DNA from: Thecamonas trahens ATCC 50062
Lineage: Eukaryota > Protista > Apusomonadida
Assembly: GCF_000142905.1 (NCBI RefSeq)
Contig: NW_013657642.1
Span: 255,851 to 319,850 of the forward strand
Reading direction: 5' to 3'
Length of the DNA: 64,000 nt
Each line of letters begins with the position of its first letter. Positions within the stretch are counted from its first letter, which is position 1. Position numbers and translations under genes: made by a program. The notes beneath the pieces were generated by a model. That model was not told the origin of the DNA and ran no database searches. It worked only from the letters and a program-made list of their open reading frames with translations. This document shows, in pieces, positions 1-8,827 of this stretch.

Positions 1-2983
1 TCCGCTGGATGAGGGGCGACGGCGGGACCGAGGGCGGGGCGGGGGAGGCGGGCGCCGGCGAACGGGGCTGGTCGTCGTACCCTGACGACGCGCTCGACTC
101 GGAGCGCGATGCGGGGAAGGAGGACCACTCAGAGGCGGCATCAGACAAGGCGAGATCGGCCGGCGAAACAGCAACGGCGGACGGAGCCGAGTCGCTGTCT
201 GCCGAGTACTCTACATCCGACAGCGAGTCGTCGGCAGCTGACATCGACGACGACGACGGGGTGATTGTCGGGGAAGGGACAAAGCCGACGACCCGCGAGG
301 AGGCGCGTTCGCGGGCAGCCACCGAGCTCCAGACCTTGAGCTCGACAAGAATCGAGGTAGTACCACTGAGCGATGCCAGCAGTTGGCGGAGCTGGCCCTC
401 GGTGGAGAGCTCGATCTTGAGCGCTGGGCGATCGGCGGGAATGAACCAAACGGCAAGGACGTTGACGGGATCAATGCCGAGCGCGAGCGCGGCCGACCTG
501 AGGAGCATGTCGTACTTGCTGGTGGCGAAACTCCACGCCGGCAAGTCGATGGGGACCACCGTTGCCGTGCCGGGCGGCCCATCGGAGCGCCGTGCGTAAA
601 TGGTGAGTGTGCTGGGCACCGAGTCTTGAACCGGAGAGCTCGGCGGTGAGAGTTCGGGCAGGCCGCCAAGTTGGTGGGCAGTGGAGACACGGAGGCGAGG
701 CGGGCGCGGCGGCGGGCTCATCACACTGCCCGTCACCAGCGACTGGCGGCGGACAAAAGCGCGCGAGGCCAAGAGGCCGGTGTGCGATTCCTGGCGTGCG
801 TGCGGTGAGCGCGAGCGCGAACGCGAACGCGACAGATTGGCCTGATCGCGGCCGTCGTCCGACTTGGACCCGCTGTTGCGCGCGGCGAGCGAGGCCAAGA
901 GCTGCTGGTCGACGCTCTGGTTGGAGCGGTATGTTTGCCACCAGTTGATGTCTGAGCGGACAAACAAGTTCTCGACAGAAATCTTGATGGTGTGGTCTGA
1001 GGTGTCCTTGAATAGCGGATTAGCCTCCCAGCAGCAGGTGTAGGCCTCGACGGCGGCGTTGAGGTGCTTGGCGCGCTGATGGGCAATGCGCAAGACTGCC
1101 CACGAGTCGATGTCCTCCGGATGGAGCGAAAGGACCTCAATGAGGTCGTTGAGGGAGATGACGCCGAGGCGGACGGCCGAGGCGGCTGTGACCGTGGCCG
1201 ACCGGGCGTGGTCGGGGCGAAAGAGCGCCATCTCGCCAAAAAACGAGCCCGACGAGAGGGTGGCAAAAAGGAGAGAGTGATCGGCGTTGGTGACTTGGAC
1301 CACGCCCGAGTAGATGAGGAAGAGCTCCGAGCCGGTGTAACCTTCGCGGAGAATGACGTCGCCGGCCGACGCAGCCGAGGTTGTCATGCGCAGCAGCGTC
1401 TCAGCGACAAAACTCGGCGAGACGCCGTGGAAGAACGCGTTGGAAGCCATCTCATGCTCTTTGACGTAGAGCGAGACGGTGTTGCGGAGGCGGGCCGAGA
1501 GCTCGGTGAGAATGGTCTTTTCATCGTGGGCGGCTTGCCGCGACTCCCAGGTTCGGTAGTAGTGTTCTCGGATGTCGTCCTGGATACTTTTGGGCAACGA
1601 GCGGTACTTCATGTACGCATTGACCGAGTCGAGGCGGTCGTTGAGCGGCGAGGACTCGAGCCTGTGGACGAGCTGCGACATGGCACCGACCGAGTATGAG
1701 AAGAGCGAAATGCCGAGGAACATGGCAAAGATGATAAAGACGCGCTCCTCCGAGTTGGTCGGCACAATGTCGCCGTAGCCAAGCCCGGTCACGGTCATGA
1801 TGGCCCAGTAGAGCGAGCCGATGTACTGAGCTGCGGTCGAGGCGTGCCGCAGGCCTGCGTCGTCGACCCAGGTTCTTGCCGACGCGCCTTGCGAGGTGGC
1901 GACGTAAAACCAGAAGCACGCCGCGAGGTGGGCAAAGACGAGCATGGCGATGAGGAGCTTGAGCAGACGCAGGTAGGCCGAGTTGAGGTTGAACCGGAAG
2001 CGCCACTTGCGGATGACCCGCGAGATGCGGACAAGACGGAGGAGGCGGAGGAGACGAATGAGCTTGAGCGTGCGCACGGTCTTGGAGAGGCGCCACACGT
2101 CACGATCCGAGTTGGATGGCGAGACAAAAATGAACATGAGCAAGTCAAACGGGATAGAGGAGATGGCGTCGATGGCGAACCAGGTCTTGATGTAGCGCTT
2201 GGCAATGACGTCGACGTTGGTGATGAGGTACGGTGGTGTGACCGAGTCGTCGAGAACAGCGGTGACAAAGTTGGCGACGACGTCGACCACAAACACAAAG
2301 TCCATGACCGACTCGACAACAAAGAGCCAGATCGGGGCATTGAGGGCAAAGCATACGCGAAACGGCGTGACCAGCACGTTGTAGACGAGGATGACGACAA
2401 TGACAATGTCGATGCAGCGCCGGGTGAGCGACTTCGGGTTGATGATGTACCACGGCTTGAACCCGGTGCTGGCCGGGGTAGGTGCAAGCGTACCATCAGC
2501 GGCACCACTCACCTGCGCAACCATGATCTCGGGCCTCACCAGGAGCAACTCGTCATCTCCGGGCGGGAGGAAGAGGAGACTCTCGCCGGGCGTACCACGG
2601 TGGTCGCCGAGGCCCGGCAGCGCAACAGGCGTGCCCGCCTCCAGCTCGCCGCCCGACGGCGAGAGCGAGCCGCCCGACGGCGAGAGTGCGAGCCCGTACG
2701 GCTCGGGCTGCGGCGAGAGTGCGAGCCCGTAAGGCTCGGGCTGCGGCGAGAGCGAGTCTGCGCTCAGCCCACTACCGCTAGCTGCAGGCATCGCTGCCAA
2801 CGGCATGCTCCCGCCGCCAGACAGCACCCGCCGCCGCCGCCGGTCGAGAGGCGAGCCGACGCCTACATACACCTCGGCAGCGTCAGGCGAGGGTGAGCCC
2901 GAGGCCTCGAGCCTCTCTTCGGACGCCGAGCCACCAAGCTCGAGCATTTGAACCGAGCGACCAGGTACGGTGGACTTGGCCAT
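1..2983 (-). CDS. Voltage-gated, cyclic-nucleotide-binding-domain cation channel (KCNH/HCN/CNG superfamily), 3' partial
   Basis: Manual translation from ATG at 2983 (MAKSTVPGRS...). The frame is open to the window edge, so it is absent from the ORF track. S1 lead-in WYIINPKSLTRRCIDIVIVVILVYNVLVTPFRVCF; RYIKTWFAIDAISSIPFD; S4 RTLKLIRLLRLLRLVRISR; pore YWAIMTVTGLGYGDIVP; C-linker AYMKYRSLPKSIQDDIREHY; CNBD GSFFGEMALF...RSATVTA. Confidence 0.93.
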   Translation of the reverse strand, partial: MAKSTVPGRSVQMLELGGSASEERLEASGSPSPDAAEVYVGVGSPLDRRRRRVLSGGGSMPLAAMPAASGSGLSADSLSPQPEPYGLALSPQPEPYGLALSPSGGSLSPSGGELEAGTPVALPGLGDHRGTPGESLLFLPPGDDELLLVRPEIMVAQVSGAADGTLAPTPASTGFKPWYIINPKSLTRRCIDIVIVVILVYNVLVTPFRVCFALNAPIWLFVVESVMDFVFVVDVVANFVTAVLDDSVTPPYLITNVDVIAKRYIKTWFAIDAISSIPFDLLMFIFVSPSNSDRDVWRLSKTVRTLKLIRLLRLLRLVRISRVIRKWRFRFNLNSAYLRLLKLLIAMLVFAHLAACFWFYVATSQGASARTWVDDAGLRHASTAAQYIGSLYWAIMTVTGLGYGDIVPTNSEERVFIIFAMFLGISLFSYSVGAMSQLVHRLESSPLNDRLDSVNAYMKYRSLPKSIQDDIREHYYRTWESRQAAHDEKTILTELSARLRNTVSLYVKEHEMASNAFFHGVSPSFVAETLLRMTTSAASAGDVILREGYTGSELFLIYSGVVQVTNADHSLLFATLSSGSFFGEMALFRPDHARSATVTAASAVRLGVISLNDLIEVLSLHPEDIDSWAVLRIAHQRAKHLNAAVEAYTCCWEANPLFKDTSDHTIKISVENLFVRSDINWWQTYRSNQSVDQQLLASLAARNSGSKSDDGRDQANLSRSRSRSRSPHARQESHTGLLASRAFVRRQSLVTGSVMSPPPRPPRLRVSTAHQLGGLPELSPPSSPVQDSVPSTLTIYARRSDGPPGTATVVPIDLPAWSFATSKYDMLLRSAALALGIDPVNVLAVWFIPADRPALKIELSTEGQLRQLLASLSGTTSILVELKVWSSVAARERASSRVVGFVPSPTITPSSSSMSAADDSLSDVEYSADSDSAPSAVAVSPADLALSDAASEWSSFPASRSESSASSGYDDQPRSPAPASPAPPSVPPSPLIQR

Positions 2984-3036
2984 GATGGAAGGGGTGAGGT
3001 GAGGTGAGGTGAGGTGGGGGTGGGGGGGGGTGGGAG

Positions 3037-3083
3037 GCAGTCGCAGTCGCAGTCGCAGTCGCAGTCGCAGTCGCAGTCGCAGT
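3037..3083. repeat. (GCAGTC)n hexamer microsatellite in a divergent-promoter region
   Basis: About 7-8 tandem copies. A related tract occurs at ~28052-28088. Confidence 0.9.
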
Positions 3084-3222
3084 GGCGGACGTTGCGGCGG
3101 AATGAGTCGGAGCTGCGGACAGCCGCCGACGGCAGTGAACAGTCGGACTGGGCGTAGCTCGCCGGCCGGGGAAGTCCACCCATAGCAAGCCTGCCCACGC
3201 ACGCACGCACACAACTCTTTGC

Positions 3223-4668
3223 ATGCGGTGGTTGAGCGTGGCGCGCAAGAGCAGGGCTGGGTGGCGGGCGGCATGGCGTGGCATGGCTGGCGTGCCGCGG
3301 ATGGGGGTGTCGCTGCGCGAGGTGAGCGCGGCGTCCGAGGTCGAGTCCGGGCTTGCGCTGCAGCGGGCGGTCGCGCTGGGGCTGGACGTGGTGGACACGG
3401 CGTCGAGCCACGGGCTGGGCGCGTCGCGCGGGCCGCTGGAGGAGCTGTCGCGGACGGCGGCGCCGGGCGTGGTGCATGGGATGGAGTTGATGGCGCGGGC
3501 GGCGCTCCCTGCGCCCGGCACGACCGAAAGCGACGCCGCGGTGGCGGCCGCGCTGGAGGCGTGCCTGACAAGCGCGAGTGAGACAGTGCGACAGCCCAAC
3601 GTGGTGCTTGTCGAGCCACCGCCCCTGCCTGAGTCGCGGGCGACGCCGCTTGACGCTGGCTGGCTCCTCCAGCTGCATGCTGCGTATCGCTGGCTCGACG
3701 GGCGGCCCGAGGTCGATGCCTACGGCCTCGCGCTCACGCCTGACCACGTCACCGGCCTGGCATCGGCCGCATCGGCCGCGGGAGACCGCGAGCTGGCCTC
3801 GCTCCTTCCGAGTGCTGCGTACGGCTCGGCCTTCTCGCACGTCGTCGTGCCAGCCACGGTCTCGTTCCTTCACCACCGCGGCGGCGCCATCCTCGCTGCA
3901 CTCGCATCGCTGGTCAAGCTCCGCAAGCTCACGCTTGTCGGCACGTTACCGCTCGAGGGCCTCGAGCTTGAGGTCTCGCCCGAAGTTCAGGACGTGGCCG
4001 CAAGTGACCGCGAGGCGTGGCGCGAGCTCGAGGCGGCGGCTGCTAAGCGGTTGCAGGACGCCGTCAACCGGGCCATCCATCTCGAGCTTGCGGCAGACAA
4101 CGATGCAAGTGACGACGACTCGCGGCCGGCGCTAGCGCGTGCCTTGGTGGCCTCGCTTGACTTTGGTGCACTACCTGGGCCGCGGGCGTGGAACGCGTTT
4201 GCCCGCCTCTCGCTCGCGCCGGCGGTAACCGAGGTTGTCCGTGGCGGGAGGGGGAATCCGGCTGGCTCGTCGTGGGGCGTGGCGTACATGCTTGCGATGC
4301 GCAACATGGCCCACGCGCTTGAGGAGCTCTGTGCGGTCTCATCGTCCAAGCGGGCGGTGACGCTGAGCACAACGGCTGAGCAGGTCCTCGCCTCGCTTCG
4401 CCACGACTTTGCCGACGAGCCGCAGGCGCATCTTGCGCTCAACCTGCACGGCGCCTCTCTGGCGCGGCGGCTGACGATGCTCGTCATCTGTGCTCGTCGC
4501 TACGACGTAGTCCTCGGCTCCGCCGCCAGCCTCGATGCTGTCGAGGAGCTCGCCGCAGCCCACCGCGACGCCGAGGCGCTCGACGGCCACCTGCCACCGC
4601 ATGTCGCGCAGGACGCGCTCGCCACCATCATGGCATCGGTCGCGCCGGCTGCCAAGACCCGTGCCTAG
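3223..4668 (+). CDS. Hypothetical protein, degenerate aldo/keto-reductase-like; possible mitochondrial presequence
   Basis: 481-aa ORF with Arg-rich, acid-free N-terminus (MRWLSVARKSRAGWRAAWR). ALQRAVALGLDVVDTASSHG resembles the AKR 'GINxxDTAxxYG' motif, with His in place of the catalytic Tyr. Confidence 0.5.
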   Translation: MRWLSVARKSRAGWRAAWRGMAGVPRMGVSLREVSAASEVESGLALQRAVALGLDVVDTASSHGLGASRGPLEELSRTAAPGVVHGMELMARAALPAPGTTESDAAVAAALEACLTSASETVRQPNVVLVEPPPLPESRATPLDAGWLLQLHAAYRWLDGRPEVDAYGLALTPDHVTGLASAASAAGDRELASLLPSAAYGSAFSHVVVPATVSFLHHRGGAILAALASLVKLRKLTLVGTLPLEGLELEVSPEVQDVAASDREAWRELEAAAAKRLQDAVNRAIHLELAADNDASDDDSRPALARALVASLDFGALPGPRAWNAFARLSLAPAVTEVVRGGRGNPAGSSWGVAYMLAMRNMAHALEELCAVSSSKRAVTLSTTAEQVLASLRHDFADEPQAHLALNLHGASLARRLTMLVICARRYDVVLGSAASLDAVEELAAAHRDAEALDGHLPPHVAQDALATIMASVAPAAKTRA

Positions 4669-5080
4669 TTTACGGCCACGCTCCAGGTTCCGGTTGCATA
4701 ATCCTTGGCAAAGGCCACCCTAGCGACGCCAACGTCCGAGTCGGCCGCGCCATACCAGACGATAAAGGTGTCAGCCGTGGCCGTCGGTGCGCTGGCCAAG
4801 ACAAAGATGACATTTGGCGTGAGAGCCTCATTCGGCAGGACGCCCTTCTCCCACGCCTCGGTCGAGACGAGCAGCGGCGCGTTCGAGCGGGCTAGGACCT
4901 TAGTTGGATCGGCCGAGTCGAGAATGGCCCAGCCCGGTGCGTACCGCAGGTCGCAGCCCGACTTGGGCGAAGGCATGCAGCCGGCTGCGCGGACGGGGTG
5001 TCAGCCGCCGCAAAGGCAGCAGCAGTGGACAAGGCAACAACAAGAAGAAAAGCTCCTGCTTGGAGCGGTTGTGAGGGCAT
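4665..5080 (-). pseudogene. Internally deleted/frameshifted secreted GH130-like glycosidase
   Basis: Signal-peptide-like MPSQPLQAGAFLLVVALSTAAAFAAA starts at ATG 5080. A different frame then gives RYAPGWAILDSADPTKVLARSNAPLL..WEKG..PNVIF..WYGAADSDVGVA, the last propeller blade of GH130. The rest of the propeller is missing. Confidence 0.65.
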
Positions 5081-5340
5081 AGAGCCACGATCGCCAGCGC
5101 TAAACAAGGCCAGGACAGACTGTCCTCGGTTGGAGAGAGAGAGAGTGAAAGTGCTCCGTGCGTGCCTTCAAACCCGGTATTCAAGCTCGATCTCAGCCGT
5201 ACAGCCATGTACGAGCGCAACAGACACACACACGGGATGTGTACAACTTGATGTACCCGTAGATGGGTGTAAGTGGCTCGGATGACTTTGTGCGAGGATG
5301 GTGGTTGTTGCAAACGGCTCGACGGCTGTATTGTGTTCAG

Positions 5341-5490
5341 TCAATTATATATAAATGTAAAACTGTAAAAATATAGTTTTCATGCTCAATTATAAAATGT
5401 TGTAAATATATGTATTATTACTGGTTGTAATATGTAATAGTAGTATTTTTACTGTTTTTGTGTCCGTTTTTGAATGATTTATAACTTTGG
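5341..5490. other. Extremely AT-rich island with imperfect inverted repeat
   Basis: 22 G+C in 120 nt (5341-5460). AAAACTGTAAAAATA (5359-5373) and TATTTTTACTGTTTT (5444-5458) are 14/15 reverse-complementary. Confidence 0.85.
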
Positions 5491-5593
5491 TCCTACATGT
5501 TGCGTTTCAGAGCCATGCCACGGGAGATAAGCAGAGTCATGGTCATCGCCTCGCTCCTACCACCTCCTCCTTCGACACCGCCGCCTCCACCAT

Positions 5594-6925
5594 TTACTCG
5601 TTGCTCTTCTCTACACCTCGTGCATCGTTCCAGCCATCAGCAGTGGCTACAGCCGCTGCAATCATCCACACAATCTCGAGCGGCAAAATACCGAGGCCAG
5701 AATCGGCCTCACGGCGCTTGGCGATGATGAGCACAGTCTCAATAGCAGCCCGAACAGGCAGGGGAAACATGTGGTGACGCTCCGGCCGCCAGTGAACCCA
5801 GCCCCAAAGCGGAATCTTGTGGAGGCTCGTCGTCCGAGAGCCAAAGTGCGGCCGAACAGCAACAAGCAGGACCGGCGGCATGAGGTGTGCGAGCACGGCC
5901 ATCGATCCAATGTACGGCCCGGGAGGAAGCCATGGACGGAGCTCGCGCGACTCAGTGGCAAGCTCGCTCCGATCGATTTTTTGCGACGAGAGCGAGACAA
6001 TCGAGCCGTCGCCGCACAGCGTGCGAACGTCGTCGGTCCGGGTGTCGAGCACCCGCACCCGCCAGAAACCGCAACCCGCGCCGTCGGCAAAGACAAGCGT
6101 CCGGGTATCGCCCACGCACTGGAGACTCTGCACTAGTGCTGGATACTCGAGCAGGACCTGGGCTCCGCGCCCGTCGGCGTGGCCGAGCGCCGGGCCACTC
6201 GGCCCGGCAACAATCGTAAACGGTGCGGCAAGCGCCAGTGGCTCCGCCGATGCCAGTCTCGTGCCCAGCACGGCGTAGTCGGAAAAAACATACACCCGCT
6301 CGTCGACGAGCGTGACGTGAGAAACGTGCATGAGATGATCTCCACTGTCGAGCGTCACTGCAGCGCCAGACTCGAGATCAAGCGCTCGGACAGAAAACGC
6401 CGCGGCATCCGAGACGAGGACGGTGCGTGCGTCCGGCGCGGGCCAAGCCATACCCGAGGCAGACGCCCAGGTCGGCGCCTCGCCATCTACCACCTTGACG
6501 GCCTTGCTTGAGCGGAGGAAGATGCCCTTACCGGCCTCCTTGCGCCCGCTCACCCGGCTCAACGCTTGCCCGGGAAGAGTAGACCGGGCGATGATCTGGC
6601 CGTACTCGTCGCCAACCCAGGCGTGAACGCACCCATCCTCGGCCGGCCGAATCGCAAACAACGCGCCGTGGCACCTGCCTGCAACGCCACCGACCTCCAC
6701 CAGCTCGCCGCCCTCGCCCAGCTCGAGCATCCGCAGCGAAACGACCGAGTTCGCCTGAAAGCCCAGCGCCTTCAGCGGCAAGTGCGCCACATACACACTC
6801 TCCCGCAGGCCGTCCAGCACCGACGGCCCGTTGCAGATGGTGACCACCCGCCCGTCCAATGGCGCTATGTCCAGCACTTCCCACCCATACCCGACCTCGT
6901 GCCACACACACCCACTGCTCGCCAT
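5594..6925 (-). CDS. NHL-repeat-like beta-propeller protein with C-terminal F-box/PRANC-like motif
   Basis: Likely start MASSGCVW (ATG 6925). NHL-type segments: GMAW..VLVSDAAAFSVRALD, AGPSGPALGHADGRGAQVLLEYP, VRVLD..VRTLCGDG. C-terminus HWRPERHHMFPLPVRAAIETVLII..LGILPLEIVWMIAAAV. Confidence 0.6.
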   Translation of the reverse strand: MASSGCVWHEVGYGWEVLDIAPLDGRVVTICNGPSVLDGLRESVYVAHLPLKALGFQANSVVSLRMLELGEGGELVEVGGVAGRCHGALFAIRPAEDGCVHAWVGDEYGQIIARSTLPGQALSRVSGRKEAGKGIFLRSSKAVKVVDGEAPTWASASGMAWPAPDARTVLVSDAAAFSVRALDLESGAAVTLDSGDHLMHVSHVTLVDERVYVFSDYAVLGTRLASAEPLALAAPFTIVAGPSGPALGHADGRGAQVLLEYPALVQSLQCVGDTRTLVFADGAGCGFWRVRVLDTRTDDVRTLCGDGSIVSLSSQKIDRSELATESRELRPWLPPGPYIGSMAVLAHLMPPVLLVAVRPHFGSRTTSLHKIPLWGWVHWRPERHHMFPLPVRAAIETVLIIAKRREADSGLGILPLEIVWMIAAAVATADGWNDARGVEKSNE

Positions 6926-7073
6926 TCCTTTCGGTGGAGACAAGCTGCCGCCGAATCCGCCCCCCCCCCCCCCCCACCACACACACACATACACTGTGAG
7001 CGCAGCACTTCAATGTCAACGCCCATGCTCCTCCTTGTTCTCTGACAACTTCTACAACAACCTCTGCCTCTGC

Positions 7074-8404
7074 TCAGAACATCAGCTTCTTGACAGGCCC
7101 AGCGTCCTCACCATCATCGCCGCCTTCGATCGCGCCGCCTGCAAGACCTTTGGCACGCTTGGCCGGAGACTCGGCCATGACCACGGGCGAGGCGACAGCG
7201 CGCTTGCCATTGGTGCTGCTCGATGCGGCGCTGGTGTCCATGCCGATGGCGCCCGAGGCCTCGTCGTCCGAGTCAAAACCAAGAGCGGCCTCGCGAGCTC
7301 GGGTGCGGGCCGACTCGGGCAGCGGCAGCTCGCTGATAGGCAGCGGCGGCGGAGAGTTGGTAAAGTACGGGTGCTGGAGTGCCTCAGTGGCAGAAATCCG
7401 CGACGCCGGGTTGTAGGCGAGCATGGCCACCATAAGATCGACGGCGTCCGCGGGCGCCGAGGCCACAACCTTGCCGAGAGCGATGCCGTTGCTCGGCTCA
7501 AACTCGACAAAGTCCGGCAGCTCCGAGACACCGGGCCAGACCGCGTTGTTGACCGTGCCCAGGATCGCAAAGATGCACGAGAGCTGGTCAAGGTCGGTCT
7601 CGCCCTGGAACAGCGGCGCGCGCATGTAGAGCTCGGCAAAGATGCAACCCATGGCCCACATGTCGACACCTGCGCCGTACGCCCGCGCACCAAACAGCAG
7701 CTCGGGTGCCCGCCACCACCGCGTCGCCACCTGGTGCGTCATCCGCCGGTTCGGCGAGCCGTACATCCGCGCCATACCGAAATCCGCAATCTTGACGCCC
7801 TCGGTCGCCGAGACCAGCAGGTTCTCGGGCTTGAGATCGCGGTGGAGGACCCAGGTGTCATGCATTGCCGCCAAGCCCTCGAGTGTCATCTTCATGTACG
7901 CCTTGATCTCCGGCGTGCCGAGTCGGAGCGACGGGTCGCGCACAATCGCCTCCAGATCGGTCTCGCAAAAGTCCATCACCAGATGAATTCCGCCGCGATG
8001 CACAAACACCTCCTGCAGCGAAACCACATGCGGATGCCGCAACTCCTGCAGCAGTCGGATCTCGCGTACCGCCGAAAAGTTGACTCCTTCCCGCGCGTCT
8101 CCCTGATTGATCCGCTTGATAGCCACCGTCTGTCGCAGCCCCGCGCCACCGCCGCAGCATCGCCCCGAGCCAGCCCCAAGCCCAAGCCACACCCATTCCC
8201 CACCATGAGCCACCCGGCACCATTCCCTAACCCCCCCCCCCCTCCCTCCGCCCCCGCCCCGCCCCCATCCCCGCCCCTGCTCCCCCCGTCCCCCCTTCCC
8301 CCAACCACCTCCACCCGTACCTTGCCGTCCTCCTTGCGCCGCGCCCGATACACCACACCATACTGGCCCTTGCCCGCCTCGCTCAGCTTGTCATACTTGT
8401 CCAT
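7074..8404 (-). CDS. CDK7: Cyclin-dependent kinase 7 (CAK/TFIIH kinase); exons 8404-8321 and 8129-7074
   Basis: MDKYDKLSEAGKGQYGVVYRA spliced to TVAIKRI; EGVNFSAVREIRLLQEL; HRDLKPEN; DFGMARMYGSPNRRMTHQVATRWWRAPELLFGA, the CDK7/CDKD T-loop. Confidence 0.93.
8130..8320 (-). other. Spliceosomal intron in CDK7 (191 nt)
   Basis: GTACGG...GCGACAG. Removal joins the Gly-rich loop to VAIK in frame. Confidence 0.88.
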
Positions 8405-8534
8405 GCCGCCGATACCAACTCCTTGCCAGTCGCCTAGTCGCCAACCCCAAGCCCAACGCCCGAGACAACTGTACCCCTCCCGCGGTGCTGGTCCTCACCG
8501 CTCGAAAGCGGCTGGGTTGAGAGATGGCGTGCGA

Positions 8535-8634
8535 NNNNNNNNNNNNNNNNNNNNNNNNNNNNNNNNNNNNNNNNNNNNNNNNNNNNNNNNNNNNNNNNNN
8601 NNNNNNNNNNNNNNNNNNNNNNNNNNNNNNNNNN
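8535..8634. other. Assembly gap (100 N)
   Basis: Run of N between the divergent CDK7 and PNP genes. Confidence 1.
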
Positions 8635-8827
8635 CCTGATAGCCGCTCGACTCCCCTCCCTCTCCCCCCCCCCCCCCCCCCAACTCATCCGCCCACCAGC
8701 AAATCACATGCCAGCCAGCCGCCGACTGGGGTCTCCACCACCCGCCGACCACGTCACCGCCACCGCCTCCACCACTGCCACCGCCACCGCCTCCACCCCT
8801 CTCTCTCTTTTCTCTCTCCCTCCTTCA

